DNA of 64,000 nt. It comes from Spirochaetia bacterium (GTDB lineage: Bacteria; Spirochaetota; Spirochaetia; SZUA-6; Bin103). How positions within the stretch are numbered: position 1 is the stretch's first letter; the number at the start of each line of letters is the position of its first letter. The stretch covers positions 64,001 to 128,000 of the forward strand of contig CBDATQ010000002.1 of assembly GCA_965199955.1 (NCBI GenBank), read 5' to 3'. Position numbers and translations under genes: made by a program. The notes below the pieces were generated by a model, which had not been told where the DNA came from, searched no databases, and saw only the letters and a list, made by a program, of their open reading frames with translations. Positions 28,487 through 37,898 of the stretch are shown in pieces.

Positions 28487-30253
28487 ATGAAGATGAGTCG
28501 GCCGGTGCTCGCCCACGAGGTGCTGAGCGTGACCGGCGGTATGGTGGTCGCCCAGGACCGGCTGGGCGCCCGCATCGGCGTGGAGGTCCTGCAGCGGGGC
28601 GGAAATGCCGTGGACGCGGCGGTGACCACCGCCTTCGCGATGGGGGTGCTGCAGCCGCTCATGAACGGCGTGGGCGGCGGCGGGATGCTGGTCGCCCGCT
28701 TCGCCTCGGGCGAGGCCGGCTCGGTGGACTTCGGCATGCGCGCGGCCGCCGCGGCCCGGCCGGACATGTACGAGCTGGAGTCAGGCACCGACCGTCCGGA
28801 GACCGGCGGGCTGCGGTTCTCCCGCGGCTACGCGTGGCCGCTGGTCAAGGACCGGGCCAACGTCTACGGCCACGCGGCGATAGCGGTGCCGGGAACGGCG
28901 GCAGGTCTGGCGGCGGCCCTGGAACGATGGGGCACGATGAGCCTGGACCAGGCGCTGCTGCCGGCGATCCGGCTGGCGCGCAACGGGTTCCCGGTCGGCC
29001 ACCACTTCGTCCTGATGCTGGTCAGCGGGCGGCCGATCATGACCCGCTACCCGGCGACCCGCGAGACCTACTACCCCGGCGGCCATCCGCTGGCCGTGGG
29101 CGAGACGCTGGTGCAGCGCGATCACGCACGCACGCTGGAGCTCATCGCCCGCCACGGACCGGACGGCTTCTACCGGGGCGAGGTGGCCGATCGCATCGCC
29201 TCCGAGATGGCCGCGCACGGCGGCACGATCCGGCAGGAGGACCTGGCCGGCTACCGGCCGTTCGTGCACGACACGGTGCTGGAGGCCGGCTACCGGGGGT
29301 ACGGGGTGCTGGGCGTCCCCGGTCCGAACGGCGGCACGGCCGTCGCCGAGGCGCTCCACATCCTCGAGCACTTCGACCTGGCCCGCCACGGCTGGGGCTC
29401 GGTGGAGGCGCTGCACCTGGTGATCGAGGCGATCCGCCGGGCAGCGGTGGACCGGTACTCGTACCTGGGCGACCATCCGGATGCGCCGTTCGACACTCTG
29501 ACGGAGCCGGGCTACGCGGCGACGCGGGCGCGGGCGATCAGCCCGGACGGCGACGGTCCCGCCGCCGCCGGCGACCCGTGGGCATGGCGAGGGGTCCCGC
29601 GACCCGCGGACCTGCCGGCTCCCGCGGGTGTTTCGGCGGACGGCGGCACCACGCACATCGCGGTGGTGGACGCGGATCGCAACGCCGTGTGTCTGACGCA
29701 GACCAACATGTCGTGGTCCGGGGTGATCGTCCCCGGCGTCGGCGTGATGATGAACAACGCGATGACCTGGTTCTATCCGGCGCCGGGGACCGTGAACTCG
29801 ATCGTTCCGGGCGGGCGCGGGCTGAACAACATGACGCCGCTGATCCTGGTCCGCGACGGCCGGCTGCACGCCGTGCTCGGCGCGTCCGGGGGCCGCCGCA
29901 TCTGGTCGGCTCTGGTGCAGGCGTGCGTGAACCACGTCGAGCTCGGCATGGACCTGCAACAGGCCGTGCAGGCGCCGCGCCTGCACGTGGAGTCGGACCA
30001 GGTGCTGCTGGACGGCCGCTTCGGCGTCGAAGTGCGGGCCGGCCTGGAGCAGCTCGGCCACGAGGTCACGGTGGCGACCCCGTACTACAACCGCTCACCC
30101 TATGCGGAGCCGAACGGCATACAGGTGGCCGGTGGCGAGCTCCGCAGCGCCGTCTACCCGGTCGCCAAGCCGACGCACGCCGCCGGCTACCCCGGCGACA
30201 CCCTGGAGGACTCGGACGCCGGCATCGACGCCGGCATGCTGTCGCACCCGTAA
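28487..30253 (+). CDS. ggt: Gamma-glutamyltransferase family protein (Ntn hydrolase)
   Basis: GGNAVDAAV, GVGGGG, AVPG, nucleophile GGTTHIAVVD, MMNNAM and APRLH. Confidence 0.92.
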   Translation: MKMSRPVLAHEVLSVTGGMVVAQDRLGARIGVEVLQRGGNAVDAAVTTAFAMGVLQPLMNGVGGGGMLVARFASGEAGSVDFGMRAAAAARPDMYELESGTDRPETGGLRFSRGYAWPLVKDRANVYGHAAIAVPGTAAGLAAALERWGTMSLDQALLPAIRLARNGFPVGHHFVLMLVSGRPIMTRYPATRETYYPGGHPLAVGETLVQRDHARTLELIARHGPDGFYRGEVADRIASEMAAHGGTIRQEDLAGYRPFVHDTVLEAGYRGYGVLGVPGPNGGTAVAEALHILEHFDLARHGWGSVEALHLVIEAIRRAAVDRYSYLGDHPDAPFDTLTEPGYAATRARAISPDGDGPAAAGDPWAWRGVPRPADLPAPAGVSADGGTTHIAVVDADRNAVCLTQTNMSWSGVIVPGVGVMMNNAMTWFYPAPGTVNSIVPGGRGLNNMTPLILVRDGRLHAVLGASGGRRIWSALVQACVNHVELGMDLQQAVQAPRLHVESDQVLLDGRFGVEVRAGLEQLGHEVTVATPYYNRSPYAEPNGIQVAGGELRSAVYPVAKPTHAAGYPGDTLEDSDAGIDAGMLSHP

Positions 30254-30266
30254 GGGCGGGGCCGCC

Positions 30267-31047
30267 TCAGGGCGTGGCCTGACTGCCGTTTACCTTGCGG
30301 GCGGGGTCGGCGGCCACCGCGCCGTGGTTCAGGAGGGCGTCGGTCAAGCCGTTCGCGGCCGTGATGGCGCCGCCGTCAAGAGCCAACGCGTTGGCCGGGA
30401 TGTCGATCCCGTCCTCATCGCGGTCCGTCGCCTGCACCACGTAGTCGAAGGACAACACGTCTTCGTCGACAATCGTACCCCCGTCCGGCGCGACCATGGT
30501 GCTATGGCCGGAAAAGGTCGCCTGCCTGGTCTGGCTCCCGATGGCCAGGGCGACCCGTGGCCTGCCGGTCACCATGACGGCCCGGTCGAACTCGACCCAC
30601 ACGCGGACACTTTCACCGCGAACATAGGTGTCGCCGCTCGGGGGCGGTACATGATTGTCGAGGTAGATGGCCCGGACCGCGGGAGGGGTGACCAGGTTGC
30701 CGTTCACTTTGAGGTCAGCGTCGTCGGCCACCGCATCGTGCGTCAGATCGGCTTCGGCCGTGCCGCCGGCGGCCATGATGGTTCCGCCGTTGAGCGTCAG
30801 AGCGTTGGCGGGGATGCTGATCCCGTCTTCATCGCGGTCCGCCTCCTGCACCGCGTAACTGAAGCGCGCATGCCGGTCATCCCACGAATGGGAGTAGGCG
30901 GCCTGCCGCGTGTGCGTCCCGATCGTCAGCGCCACCTGGGGCATGCCGGTCACCGTCACGGCTTTGCCGAACACGACCACCAATTCGATCGTCTCCCCCA
31001 GCTCGTAGGTGTCGCCTTTGGCTGGTGCGGAGACGGAGTAGATGTCC
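30267..31047 (-). CDS. C-terminal part (repeats 10-11) of the frameshifted Ig-like repeat protein
   Basis: DIYSVSAPAKGDTYELGETIELVVVF continues the repeat register in another frame (ORF 30267..30983 extended upstream). Confidence 0.8.
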
Positions 31048-34000
31048 TCCCGGCGGCGTGGTCAGGTTGCCATTCACCTTGCCGCTGCGCTCGGCGGCAA
31101 CCGCCCCGTGGGTCAGGTAAGCGTCGGTCGTGCCGTCGGTGGCCGTGATGGTGCCGCCGTTGAGCGCCAGAGCGTTGGCCGCGATGCTGATGCCGTCCTC
31201 GTCACGGTCCCCTTCCTGCACGGTGTACTCGAAGATCAGAGCTGGGGAGCTGCCCCATTCGCCAGAGATCGTGTGCGCGTGGCGGATCTCGCTGCCGATG
31301 GTGAGCGCCACCCGGGGGCTGCCGGTCACCGTCACCTCCTTGTCGAACTCGACCAGCACCTCAACCGTCTCGCCCCGTTCATAGGTATCGCCCCTTGCCG
31401 GCGAGGAGATGAAGTGGACATCTATCGCTACCGGTGGCGTGATCAGGTTCGCGTCCACCTTGGGGCCGCGTTCGGCGGCTACCGCAGGGTGCGTCAGATC
31501 GGCGTCGGTGGTGCCGTCCGCGGCCGTGATGGATCCGCCGATGAGGGACAACGCGTTGGCGGGGATGCCGATCCCGTCCTCATCGCGATCGCCCTCCTGC
31601 ACGGTGTATTGGAAGTAGAGAGAGGAGCTGCCCCATCCGAACCAGGTCGCATGCCGTGTCTCGCTCCCGATGGTCAGCGCCACCTGGGGGTTGCCGGTTG
31701 CCTTTACGGCTCCGTCGAAATGGACAACCACCTCGACCGTCTCCCCAAGTTCGTAGGTGTCGCCCCTGGATGGCGAGGAATCGAAGGAGATATCCGTCAC
31801 CCGCGGTGGGTCGACATCGCCGCTGCCGTCCACTTTCCGGTCACGGTCGGGGGCAATCGCCGGGTGCGCGAGATCGGCGTTCGTAACGCCGTCCGCGGCC
31901 GTGATGGCGCCGCCGTTGAGAGCCAGTGCGTTGGCCGCGATGCTGATGCCGTCCTCATCACGGTCTCCCTCCTGCACGACGTAGCTGAAGTCCGCATGGC
32001 GGTCGTCCCCCCACGCCGTGGAGAAGGCCGCGTGCCGCGTTTCCGCCCCGATGGTCAGCGCAACCCGTGGAATTCCGGTCACCGTTACGGATCTGTCGAA
32101 TTCGACCGTCACCTCGATCGTCTCTCCCCGTTCGAAGGTGTCACCCCGCGCTGGGGAGTAGCTGAGGTAGAGATGGCTCACCGCCGGTGCCGTGACGGCG
32201 TTCCCGTCCATCTTGCGGCGGCTGTCGGCAGCTACGGTCCCATGCGTGAGATCAGCGTCGGTCGTGCCGTCGGCTGCCTTGATGGTGCCGCCGTTGAGCG
32301 ACAGCGCGTTGGCGGGGATGCTGATGCCGTCCTCATCGCGGTCCCCCTCCTGCACGGTGTATTCGAAGTACAGGCGCTCGTCGCCCCATCCCGAGAATTC
32401 CGCGTACCGCGTCTCCGCGCCGACGGTCAGCGCCACCTGGGGCTGCCCGGTTGCCGCTACCAATCTGTCGAACGCGACTTCCACCTCAACTGTCTCGCCC
32501 AGCTCGTAGGTATCACCTCGTGCCGGGGAGTAGGAGATGTCGATGTTCCTCACCCGCGGTGGCGTGACATCGCTGCCGTTTACCTTGCTTTCGCCGTCGG
32601 GGGCCATCGCCTCGTGCGTCAGCAGGGCGTCGGTTGTGCCGTCGGCGGCCGTGACGGTGCCGCCGTCGAGCGACAGCGCGTTGGCGGGGATGCTGATGCC
32701 GTCCTCATCACGGTCCCCCGCTTTCACCGTGTAGCGGAAGCTCACGAAGTGGCCCCATGCGTGCCCGGTCGCGTGCCGCGTTTGCGTCCCGATGGTCAGC
32801 GCCAGCCGGGGCTCCCCTGTTGTCTTCACCGCTCTGTCGAATTCCACTTCGATTTCGATCGTCTCGCCCAGTTGGTAGGTGTCACCGTGTGCCGGGGAGG
32901 AGTCGATGTAGATGCCTCTCACTCCCGGTGGCGCGACATCGCTGCTGCCGTCCACTTTCCTGTCACTGTCGGCGACCACCTCCTCGTGCGTCAGGTCAGC
33001 GTCGGCCGTGCCGTCGGCGGCCGTGATGGTGCCGCCATTGAGTGACAACGCGTTGGCCGGGATGCTGATTCCGTCTTCGTCCCGGTCACCTTCCTGCACC
33101 GTGTATCCGAAGTGCACACGCCGGTCGGCCCCCCACGTCCGCCACGACGTGGGGTAGACCGCGTGCCGTGTCTCGGCCCCGATGATCAGCGCCACCTGGG
33201 GGCTGCCGGTCACCCGCACCGGCTTGTCGAACTCGACCATCACCTCGACGGTTTCGCCGAGCTCGTAGGTGTCATCCGCTCCTCGGAAGGAGATGAAGGA
33301 GATGTGTTGCACCGCCGCCGGCGAGGCCAGGTCGCCGTCCACCTTCCTGCCGCCGTCGGCGGCCACGGCGGCGTGCGTCAGCTCGGCGCGGGTGGCGCCG
33401 TCGGATCCCCTGATCGTTTCGCCGTTGAGGGCCAGCGCGTCGGCCTCGATGCTGATGCCGTCCTCGTCGCGGTCGCCCTCCTGCACGGTGTACTCGGCGA
33501 ACAGAAGAGGAGAAGGGTCCATGTCCCAGCCCGAAGAGGTCGCCTGCCGCGTCTCCGTTCCGATGGTCAGCGGCACCCGAACACTGCCGGTTACCGCCAC
33601 GGCTCTGTCGAACCGGACGAGCACCTGAATCGTCTCTCCGCGTTCGTAGGTCTCATCTCTGGTCGGGGAGGAAAAGAAGGAGATGCTCATCACGGCGGGC
33701 GGCGAGGACCGGCTGCCGTCCACCTCGTGGCCGCCCTGGGCGACGACCGTCTCGTGCGCCAAGTCGGCGTCGGTGGTGCCGTCGGGTCCCTTGATGGCTG
33801 CGCCGTCGAGGGTGAGGGCGTTGGCCGGGATGCTGATGCCGTCCTCGTCTCTGTCCCCCGCCTGCACGATGTAGTCGAAGTACAGAAACGGGGTGCCCCA
33901 TCCATAGGAGGTCGCCTGCCGCGTCTCCTCGCCGATGGTCAGCGCCAGGTGGACGCTGCCGGTTACGGTCACTTCCCTGTCGAACTGAACGAGCACGCGA

Positions 34001-34490
34001 ATCGTCTCTCCGAGTTCGTAGGTGTCATCCCTGGCCGGGGAGGAAACGAGGGAGATGCTCTTCACCGCGGGCGGCGAGACCAGGCTGCCGTCCACCTTGT
34101 GGCCGCCCTCCGCGGCGACCGCCGCGTGCGTCAGGTCGGCGTCGATGGTGCCGTCGGGTCCCTTGATGGTTGCGCCGTCGAGGGTGAGGGCGTTGGCCGG
34201 GATGCCGATCCTGTCCTCGTCTCTGTCCCCCTCCTGCACCGTGTAGCGGAAGTGCAGGGCAGGGTGGAGGTCTTCGGAAACATGGAGGAGGGACAGAAGA
34301 GAGTGACTGACCCAGGTGAAGTCGATCGCGTGTCGCGTCTCGGCCCCGATGTTCAGCTTCAGCCGGGGAGTGCCGGTCACCGCCACCGCCGGATCGAACT
34401 CGACGACTACCTCGATCGCCTCACCGAACTCGTAGGTGTCACCCCTCGCCGGGGAGGAGACGACGGTGATCGAGGAGACTGACGGCGCCT
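30270..34490 (-). repeat. 11 degenerate tandem coding repeats of about 375 bp
   Basis: The DRDED(G/R)I motif and its DNA (e.g. GCGTTGGCxGGGATGCTGATGCCGTCCTC on + strand) recur 11 times. Confidence 0.9.
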
Positions 34491-34599
34491 CGCGTACGGG
34501 CTCGGCAAACGCTCCTGCGGCGTTGAAAGCCAGCAGGCATGTGAACGCCGGCGGGAAGAAGAAACCGATCAGATTGCGCCCGCGCCATGCCTTGCTCAT
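30877..34599 (-). CDS. Large secreted protein of tandem approximately 125-aa Ig-like repeats (adhesin-like), frameshifted near 31048
   Basis: Signal peptide ending AGAFA, then nine repeats of SSPxRGDTYExGETI...F...V.VTG.P..ALTIG.ETR.A...Y.VQEGDRDEDGISI.ANAL.LNGGTI...DGTTDADLTH. Confidence 0.85.
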   Translation of the reverse strand: MSKAWRGRNLIGFFFPPAFTCLLAFNAAGAFAEPVREAPSVSSITVVSSPARGDTYEFGEAIEVVVEFDPAVAVTGTPRLKLNIGAETRHAIDFTWVSHSLLSLLHVSEDLHPALHFRYTVQEGDRDEDRIGIPANALTLDGATIKGPDGTIDADLTHAAVAAEGGHKVDGSLVSPPAVKSISLVSSPARDDTYELGETIRVLVQFDREVTVTGSVHLALTIGEETRQATSYGWGTPFLYFDYIVQAGDRDEDGISIPANALTLDGAAIKGPDGTTDADLAHETVVAQGGHEVDGSRSSPPAVMSISFFSSPTRDETYERGETIQVLVRFDRAVAVTGSVRVPLTIGTETRQATSSGWDMDPSPLLFAEYTVQEGDRDEDGISIEADALALNGETIRGSDGATRAELTHAAVAADGGRKVDGDLASPAAVQHISFISFRGADDTYELGETVEVMVEFDKPVRVTGSPQVALIIGAETRHAVYPTSWRTWGADRRVHFGYTVQEGDRDEDGISIPANALSLNGGTITAADGTADADLTHEEVVADSDRKVDGSSDVAPPGVRGIYIDSSPAHGDTYQLGETIEIEVEFDRAVKTTGEPRLALTIGTQTRHATGHAWGHFVSFRYTVKAGDRDEDGISIPANALSLDGGTVTAADGTTDALLTHEAMAPDGESKVNGSDVTPPRVRNIDISYSPARGDTYELGETVEVEVAFDRLVAATGQPQVALTVGAETRYAEFSGWGDERLYFEYTVQEGDRDEDGISIPANALSLNGGTIKAADGTTDADLTHGTVAADSRRKMDGNAVTAPAVSHLYLSYSPARGDTFERGETIEVTVEFDRSVTVTGIPRVALTIGAETRHAAFSTAWGDDRHADFSYVVQEGDRDEDGISIAANALALNGGAITAADGVTNADLAHPAIAPDRDRKVDGSGDVDPPRVTDISFDSSPSRGDTYELGETVEVVVHFDGAVKATGNPQVALTIGSETRHATWFGWGSSSLYFQYTVQEGDRDEDGIGIPANALSLIGGSITAADGTTDADLTHPAVAAERGPKVDANLITPPVAIDVHFISSPARGDTYERGETVEVLVEFDKEVTVTGSPRVALTIGSEIRHAHTISGEWGSSPALIFEYTVQEGDRDEDGISIAANALALNGGTITATDGTTDAYLTHGAVAAERSGKVNGNLTTPPGGHLLRLRTSQRRHLRAGGDDRIGGRVRQSRDGDRHAPGGADDRDAHAAGRLLPFVG

Positions 34600-34656
34600 A
34601 CCGGATGCTACCGTGATCCTTTGCCGCGGACATCCTCGACGGCGATGGCGGACGAG

Positions 34657-35616
34657 TCAGAGCCGCATCTGCACCATGTCGGCGGTGTCCGGTTCGGCCA
34701 TGGCGTCATCCAGGTACACGTAGTGCTCGCCGCTTCGGTACGAGTATCCGACATGCTCGCCTGAGGGACTCAGGGCGATCACGGCGATGTGCCCGGCCAG
34801 CGGATCGTCGAGGTCGCGGAGGTCGTCCAGCGCGGTGGTCATGGCGTCGGCCAGCGACATGCCGGTGCGCAGGTAGAGCACCACGCTGCGGGTGGTCAGG
34901 GTCCGCAGCACGACCTCGCCGGTCCCGGTCGAGGCCGCGGCGCCCCAGCGGTTGTCCGCGTAGCCGCCCGCGCCGATGATAGGCGAGTCGCCGAGCCGGC
35001 CGGGGTAACCCCAGGGGTAGCCGCTGGTGCTGACCGCGCTCGCCAGGTTGCCGCCGCGGTCCTGCGCCAGGAAGTTGACCGTGCCGTGCGGCTCATTCGC
35101 GCCCGGCGGGTCCCAGCCGCGCATGGAGTCCCGCGCGCCGCCGACCAGCTCCAACAGCCGGTCGCGGCCGGTGATCCCGTCGGGATCGACGTCGGGGTGG
35201 CGATGCGCGATCCCCTCCCGCCAGCGCGATGCGGCCTCCTCGGTCAACAGGTCGTGCTTGTCCATGCCGATCTCGCGCGCGAAGCGCTCGGCCCCGTCCG
35301 CGACCAGGAGCACGTGTGGGCTGCGCTCCATGACGCGGCGCGCCAGGGTGATGGCGTGCAGGACGCCGCGCACCGAGCCGACGGCCCCCGCGCGCAGGGT
35401 GCGTCCGTCCATGATGCTGGCGTCCAGGCGCACCTCGCCGGTGATGTTCGGCAGGCCGCCGAGGCCGACGGTGTGGTCGCGCGCGTTCAGCTCGACTCGG
35501 CGCGTACCGGCCTCCACGGCGTCGAGCGCCGATCCGCCGTCGCGCAGGACCGCCATGGCATCCCGGATGCCGACCGCCCCGTTGGCGGTGCTCACGACCA
35601 TCATCGGCCGCCCCAC
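34657..35616 (-). CDS. Isoaspartyl peptidase/L-asparaginase/glycosylasparaginase family (asparaginase 2, Ntn hydrolase)
   Basis: GGSALDAVEAG, VGLGGLPN, LDASIMDG, nucleophile HGTV, STSG, GRLGDSPIIGAG and TGTGE. Start at GTG 35616 or ATG 35604. Confidence 0.9.
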   Translation of the reverse strand: MGRPMMVVSTANGAVGIRDAMAVLRDGGSALDAVEAGTRRVELNARDHTVGLGGLPNITGEVRLDASIMDGRTLRAGAVGSVRGVLHAITLARRVMERSPHVLLVADGAERFAREIGMDKHDLLTEEAASRWREGIAHRHPDVDPDGITGRDRLLELVGGARDSMRGWDPPGANEPHGTVNFLAQDRGGNLASAVSTSGYPWGYPGRLGDSPIIGAGGYADNRWGAAASTGTGEVVLRTLTTRSVVLYLRTGMSLADAMTTALDDLRDLDDPLAGHIAVIALSPSGEHVGYSYRSGEHYVYLDDAMAEPDTADMVQMRL

Positions 35617-35751
35617 GGTAGCACGAGCTCTACAGCCAACCGTGCAACATCGCCGATCCCCGATATAAACTCCGCCAAGGCGAGGAGGTCGACCGTCCGT
35701 GAGCATTGTACTGTCCGCCAGCGACAGTGACTCCGCGTAGGAGCGCGACCG

Positions 35752-36885
35752 ATGGCGGAGGCGGCACGCGGCGAGGCCCGCCAGGAGCTGCAGGAAAAGT
35801 ACTTCCTGGCCTCGCAGTGGCAGTTGATGTGGCGCAAGCTGCGCCGCCACCGGCTGGCGCTGGCCGGGGCCACGGTGCTGGCGCTGCTGTACCTGGTGGC
35901 GATCTTCGCCGAGTTCTTCGCGCCGCACGACATCTTCCAGCGCCACAACGACTACATCAACGCTCCTCCGCAGCTCGTGCGGGTCTTCGACCAGGGGAGC
36001 GTCCAGATGCCGTTCGTGTATCCGCTGGTCCAGACCCGCAACGAGGTGACCCTGCGGCGGGAGTACACGGCCGACACGACGCGCCGGTTGCCGCTGGTCC
36101 TGTTCGTGCGGGGCGACCCCTACAAGCTGTGGGGGATCTTCCGCACGGACGTGCACTTCTTCGGCACCCAGGGTGGCGAGGCGTTCCTGCTGGGCACCGA
36201 CCGGCTCGGCCGCGACATGCTCTCCCGCGTCATCCACGGCGCCCGCATCTCGCTGTCGATCGGGCTGGTGGGCGTGTTCATCAGCTTCGTCCTGGGGTGC
36301 ATCCTGGGCGGCATCTCCGGGTACTACGGCGGCACCCCCGACCTGATCGTGCAGCGCGCCATCGAGTTCATCATCTCCATACCTACCATTCCCCTGTGGA
36401 TGGCGCTGTCGGCGGCGCTGCCCGCCGACTGGCCGGCGCTGCGCGTCTACTTCGCCATCACCGTGATCCTGGCGCTGCAGGGCTGGGCCGGCCTGGCGCG
36501 GGTGGTGCGCGGCAAGCTGCTGGAGCTGCGCGAGGAGGACTTCGTGATGGCGGCGCGCATCGCCGGTCAGGGCGCCGGCGACATCATCCGGCGCCACCTG
36601 CTGCCGTCGTTCATGAGCTACCTGATCGTCAACATCACGCTGGCGATTCCCGGCATGATCCTGGGCGAGACGGCGCTGAGCTTTCTGGGGCTGGGGCTGC
36701 GGCCGCCGGTGGTGAGCTGGGGCGTGCTGCTCAAGGACGCCCAGACCCTCAGTACCGTGGTGATCCAGCCGTGGCGCCTGATACCCGGCATCTTCGTCGT
36801 GGTGACGGTGCTGATGTTCAACTTCCTGGGCGACGGGCTGCGCGACGCCGCGGACCCCTACACGAGTGAGGAACGCAAGGAATGA
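35752..36885 (+). CDS. Peptide/nickel-type ABC permease (DppC/OppC-like)
   Basis: LLGTDRLGRD, GARISL, ETALSFLGLG and FNFLGDGLRDAADP. Confidence 0.93.
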   Translation: MAEAARGEARQELQEKYFLASQWQLMWRKLRRHRLALAGATVLALLYLVAIFAEFFAPHDIFQRHNDYINAPPQLVRVFDQGSVQMPFVYPLVQTRNEVTLRREYTADTTRRLPLVLFVRGDPYKLWGIFRTDVHFFGTQGGEAFLLGTDRLGRDMLSRVIHGARISLSIGLVGVFISFVLGCILGGISGYYGGTPDLIVQRAIEFIISIPTIPLWMALSAALPADWPALRVYFAITVILALQGWAGLARVVRGKLLELREEDFVMAARIAGQGAGDIIRRHLLPSFMSYLIVNITLAIPGMILGETALSFLGLGLRPPVVSWGVLLKDAQTLSTVVIQPWRLIPGIFVVVTVLMFNFLGDGLRDAADPYTSEERKE

Positions 36886-37880
36886 GCGGGTACGTCGTCC
36901 GCCGCATCGCCTACACCGTCACGGTGCTGATCGCGATCTCGATCTTCGGCTTCATCATCATCGAGCTGCCGCCGGGCGACTTCGTGTCCACGAAGGTGGC
37001 GCAGCTCGAGGCGACCGGCCAGCGCGTCAACCAGGAGATGGTGGACGCGCTGCGCCTGCAGTACGGGCTCGACAGCCCGGTCTACCTGCGCTACCTGACC
37101 TGGATGAAGCGGCTGCTGAGCGGCAGCCCGGGCATGTCCCTGGACTGGAACCGGCCGGTCATGGAGCTGATCCTGGAGCGGCTGCCGCTCACCATCCTGC
37201 TGACGGGGGCGACGCTGATCTTCACCTACCTGGTGGCGATACCGATCGGCATCTACTCCGCCACGCACCAGTACTCGCTCGGTGACTACACCTTCACCGC
37301 GCTGGGGTTCATCGGCCTGGCGACGCCCAACTTCCTGCTCGCCCTGATCCTCATGTACCTGCTGTTCAAGCTGTTCGGGATCTCCATCGGCGGACTGTTC
37401 TCGCTGGAATACGCGCGCGCCGAGTGGAGCTTCGCCAAGCTGCTCGACATGCTCGGCCACCTGGTGGCGCCGATCATCGTCATCGGCACCGCCGGCACCG
37501 CTTGGCTGATCCGCGTGATGCGCGCTTCGCTGCTCGACGAGCTGCGCAAGCAGTACGTGATCACCGCCCGCGCCAAGGGCGTCGGCGAACGCTCCCTGCT
37601 GTTCAAGTACCCGGTGCGCATCGCCGTGAACCCGATCGTCAGCACCGTGGGATGGCTGCTGCCGGTGATCGTGTCCGGCGAGGTGATCACCGCGCTGGTA
37701 CTGAGCCTGCCGACCACCGGGCCGTTGTTGCTGCGCGCGCTGCTGGCTCAGGACATGTACCTGGCGGCCACCATCGTGATCTTCCTGACCGTGCTGACGG
37801 TCATCGGCACGCTGCTGTCCGACCTGCTGCTGGCCTGGCTCGACCCGCGCATCCGCTTCGAGGCGCAGGCGGGCGCCTGA
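36882..37880 (+). CDS. Peptide/nickel-type ABC permease (DppB/OppB-like)
   Basis: LPPGD, YGLD, ERLPLT, YVITARAKG and DPRIR. Confidence 0.93.
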   Translation: MSGYVVRRIAYTVTVLIAISIFGFIIIELPPGDFVSTKVAQLEATGQRVNQEMVDALRLQYGLDSPVYLRYLTWMKRLLSGSPGMSLDWNRPVMELILERLPLTILLTGATLIFTYLVAIPIGIYSATHQYSLGDYTFTALGFIGLATPNFLLALILMYLLFKLFGISIGGLFSLEYARAEWSFAKLLDMLGHLVAPIIVIGTAGTAWLIRVMRASLLDELRKQYVITARAKGVGERSLLFKYPVRIAVNPIVSTVGWLLPVIVSGEVITALVLSLPTTGPLLLRALLAQDMYLAATIVIFLTVLTVIGTLLSDLLLAWLDPRIRFEAQAGA

Positions 37881-37898
37881 CCCGGCCCGCCGGCCGGT

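Noticed and set aside
30270..34490. Long repeats as a possible CRISPR array or DGR template/variable repeats
   Set aside because: The units are about 375-bp degenerate coding repeats. There is no cas or reverse transcriptase gene, and the variation includes indels and is not visibly adenine-specific.
35620..35750. Possible riboswitch in intergenic leaders (also 26560-26680 upstream of the methyltransferase)
   Set aside because: I could not recognise TPP, SAM, cobalamin or glycine riboswitch consensus elements. An Rfam/Infernal scan would be needed to exclude them.
34657..36597. 646-aa ORF as an asparaginase fusion
   Set aside because: The first ~325 aa are the antisense shadow of the permease at 35752..36885.
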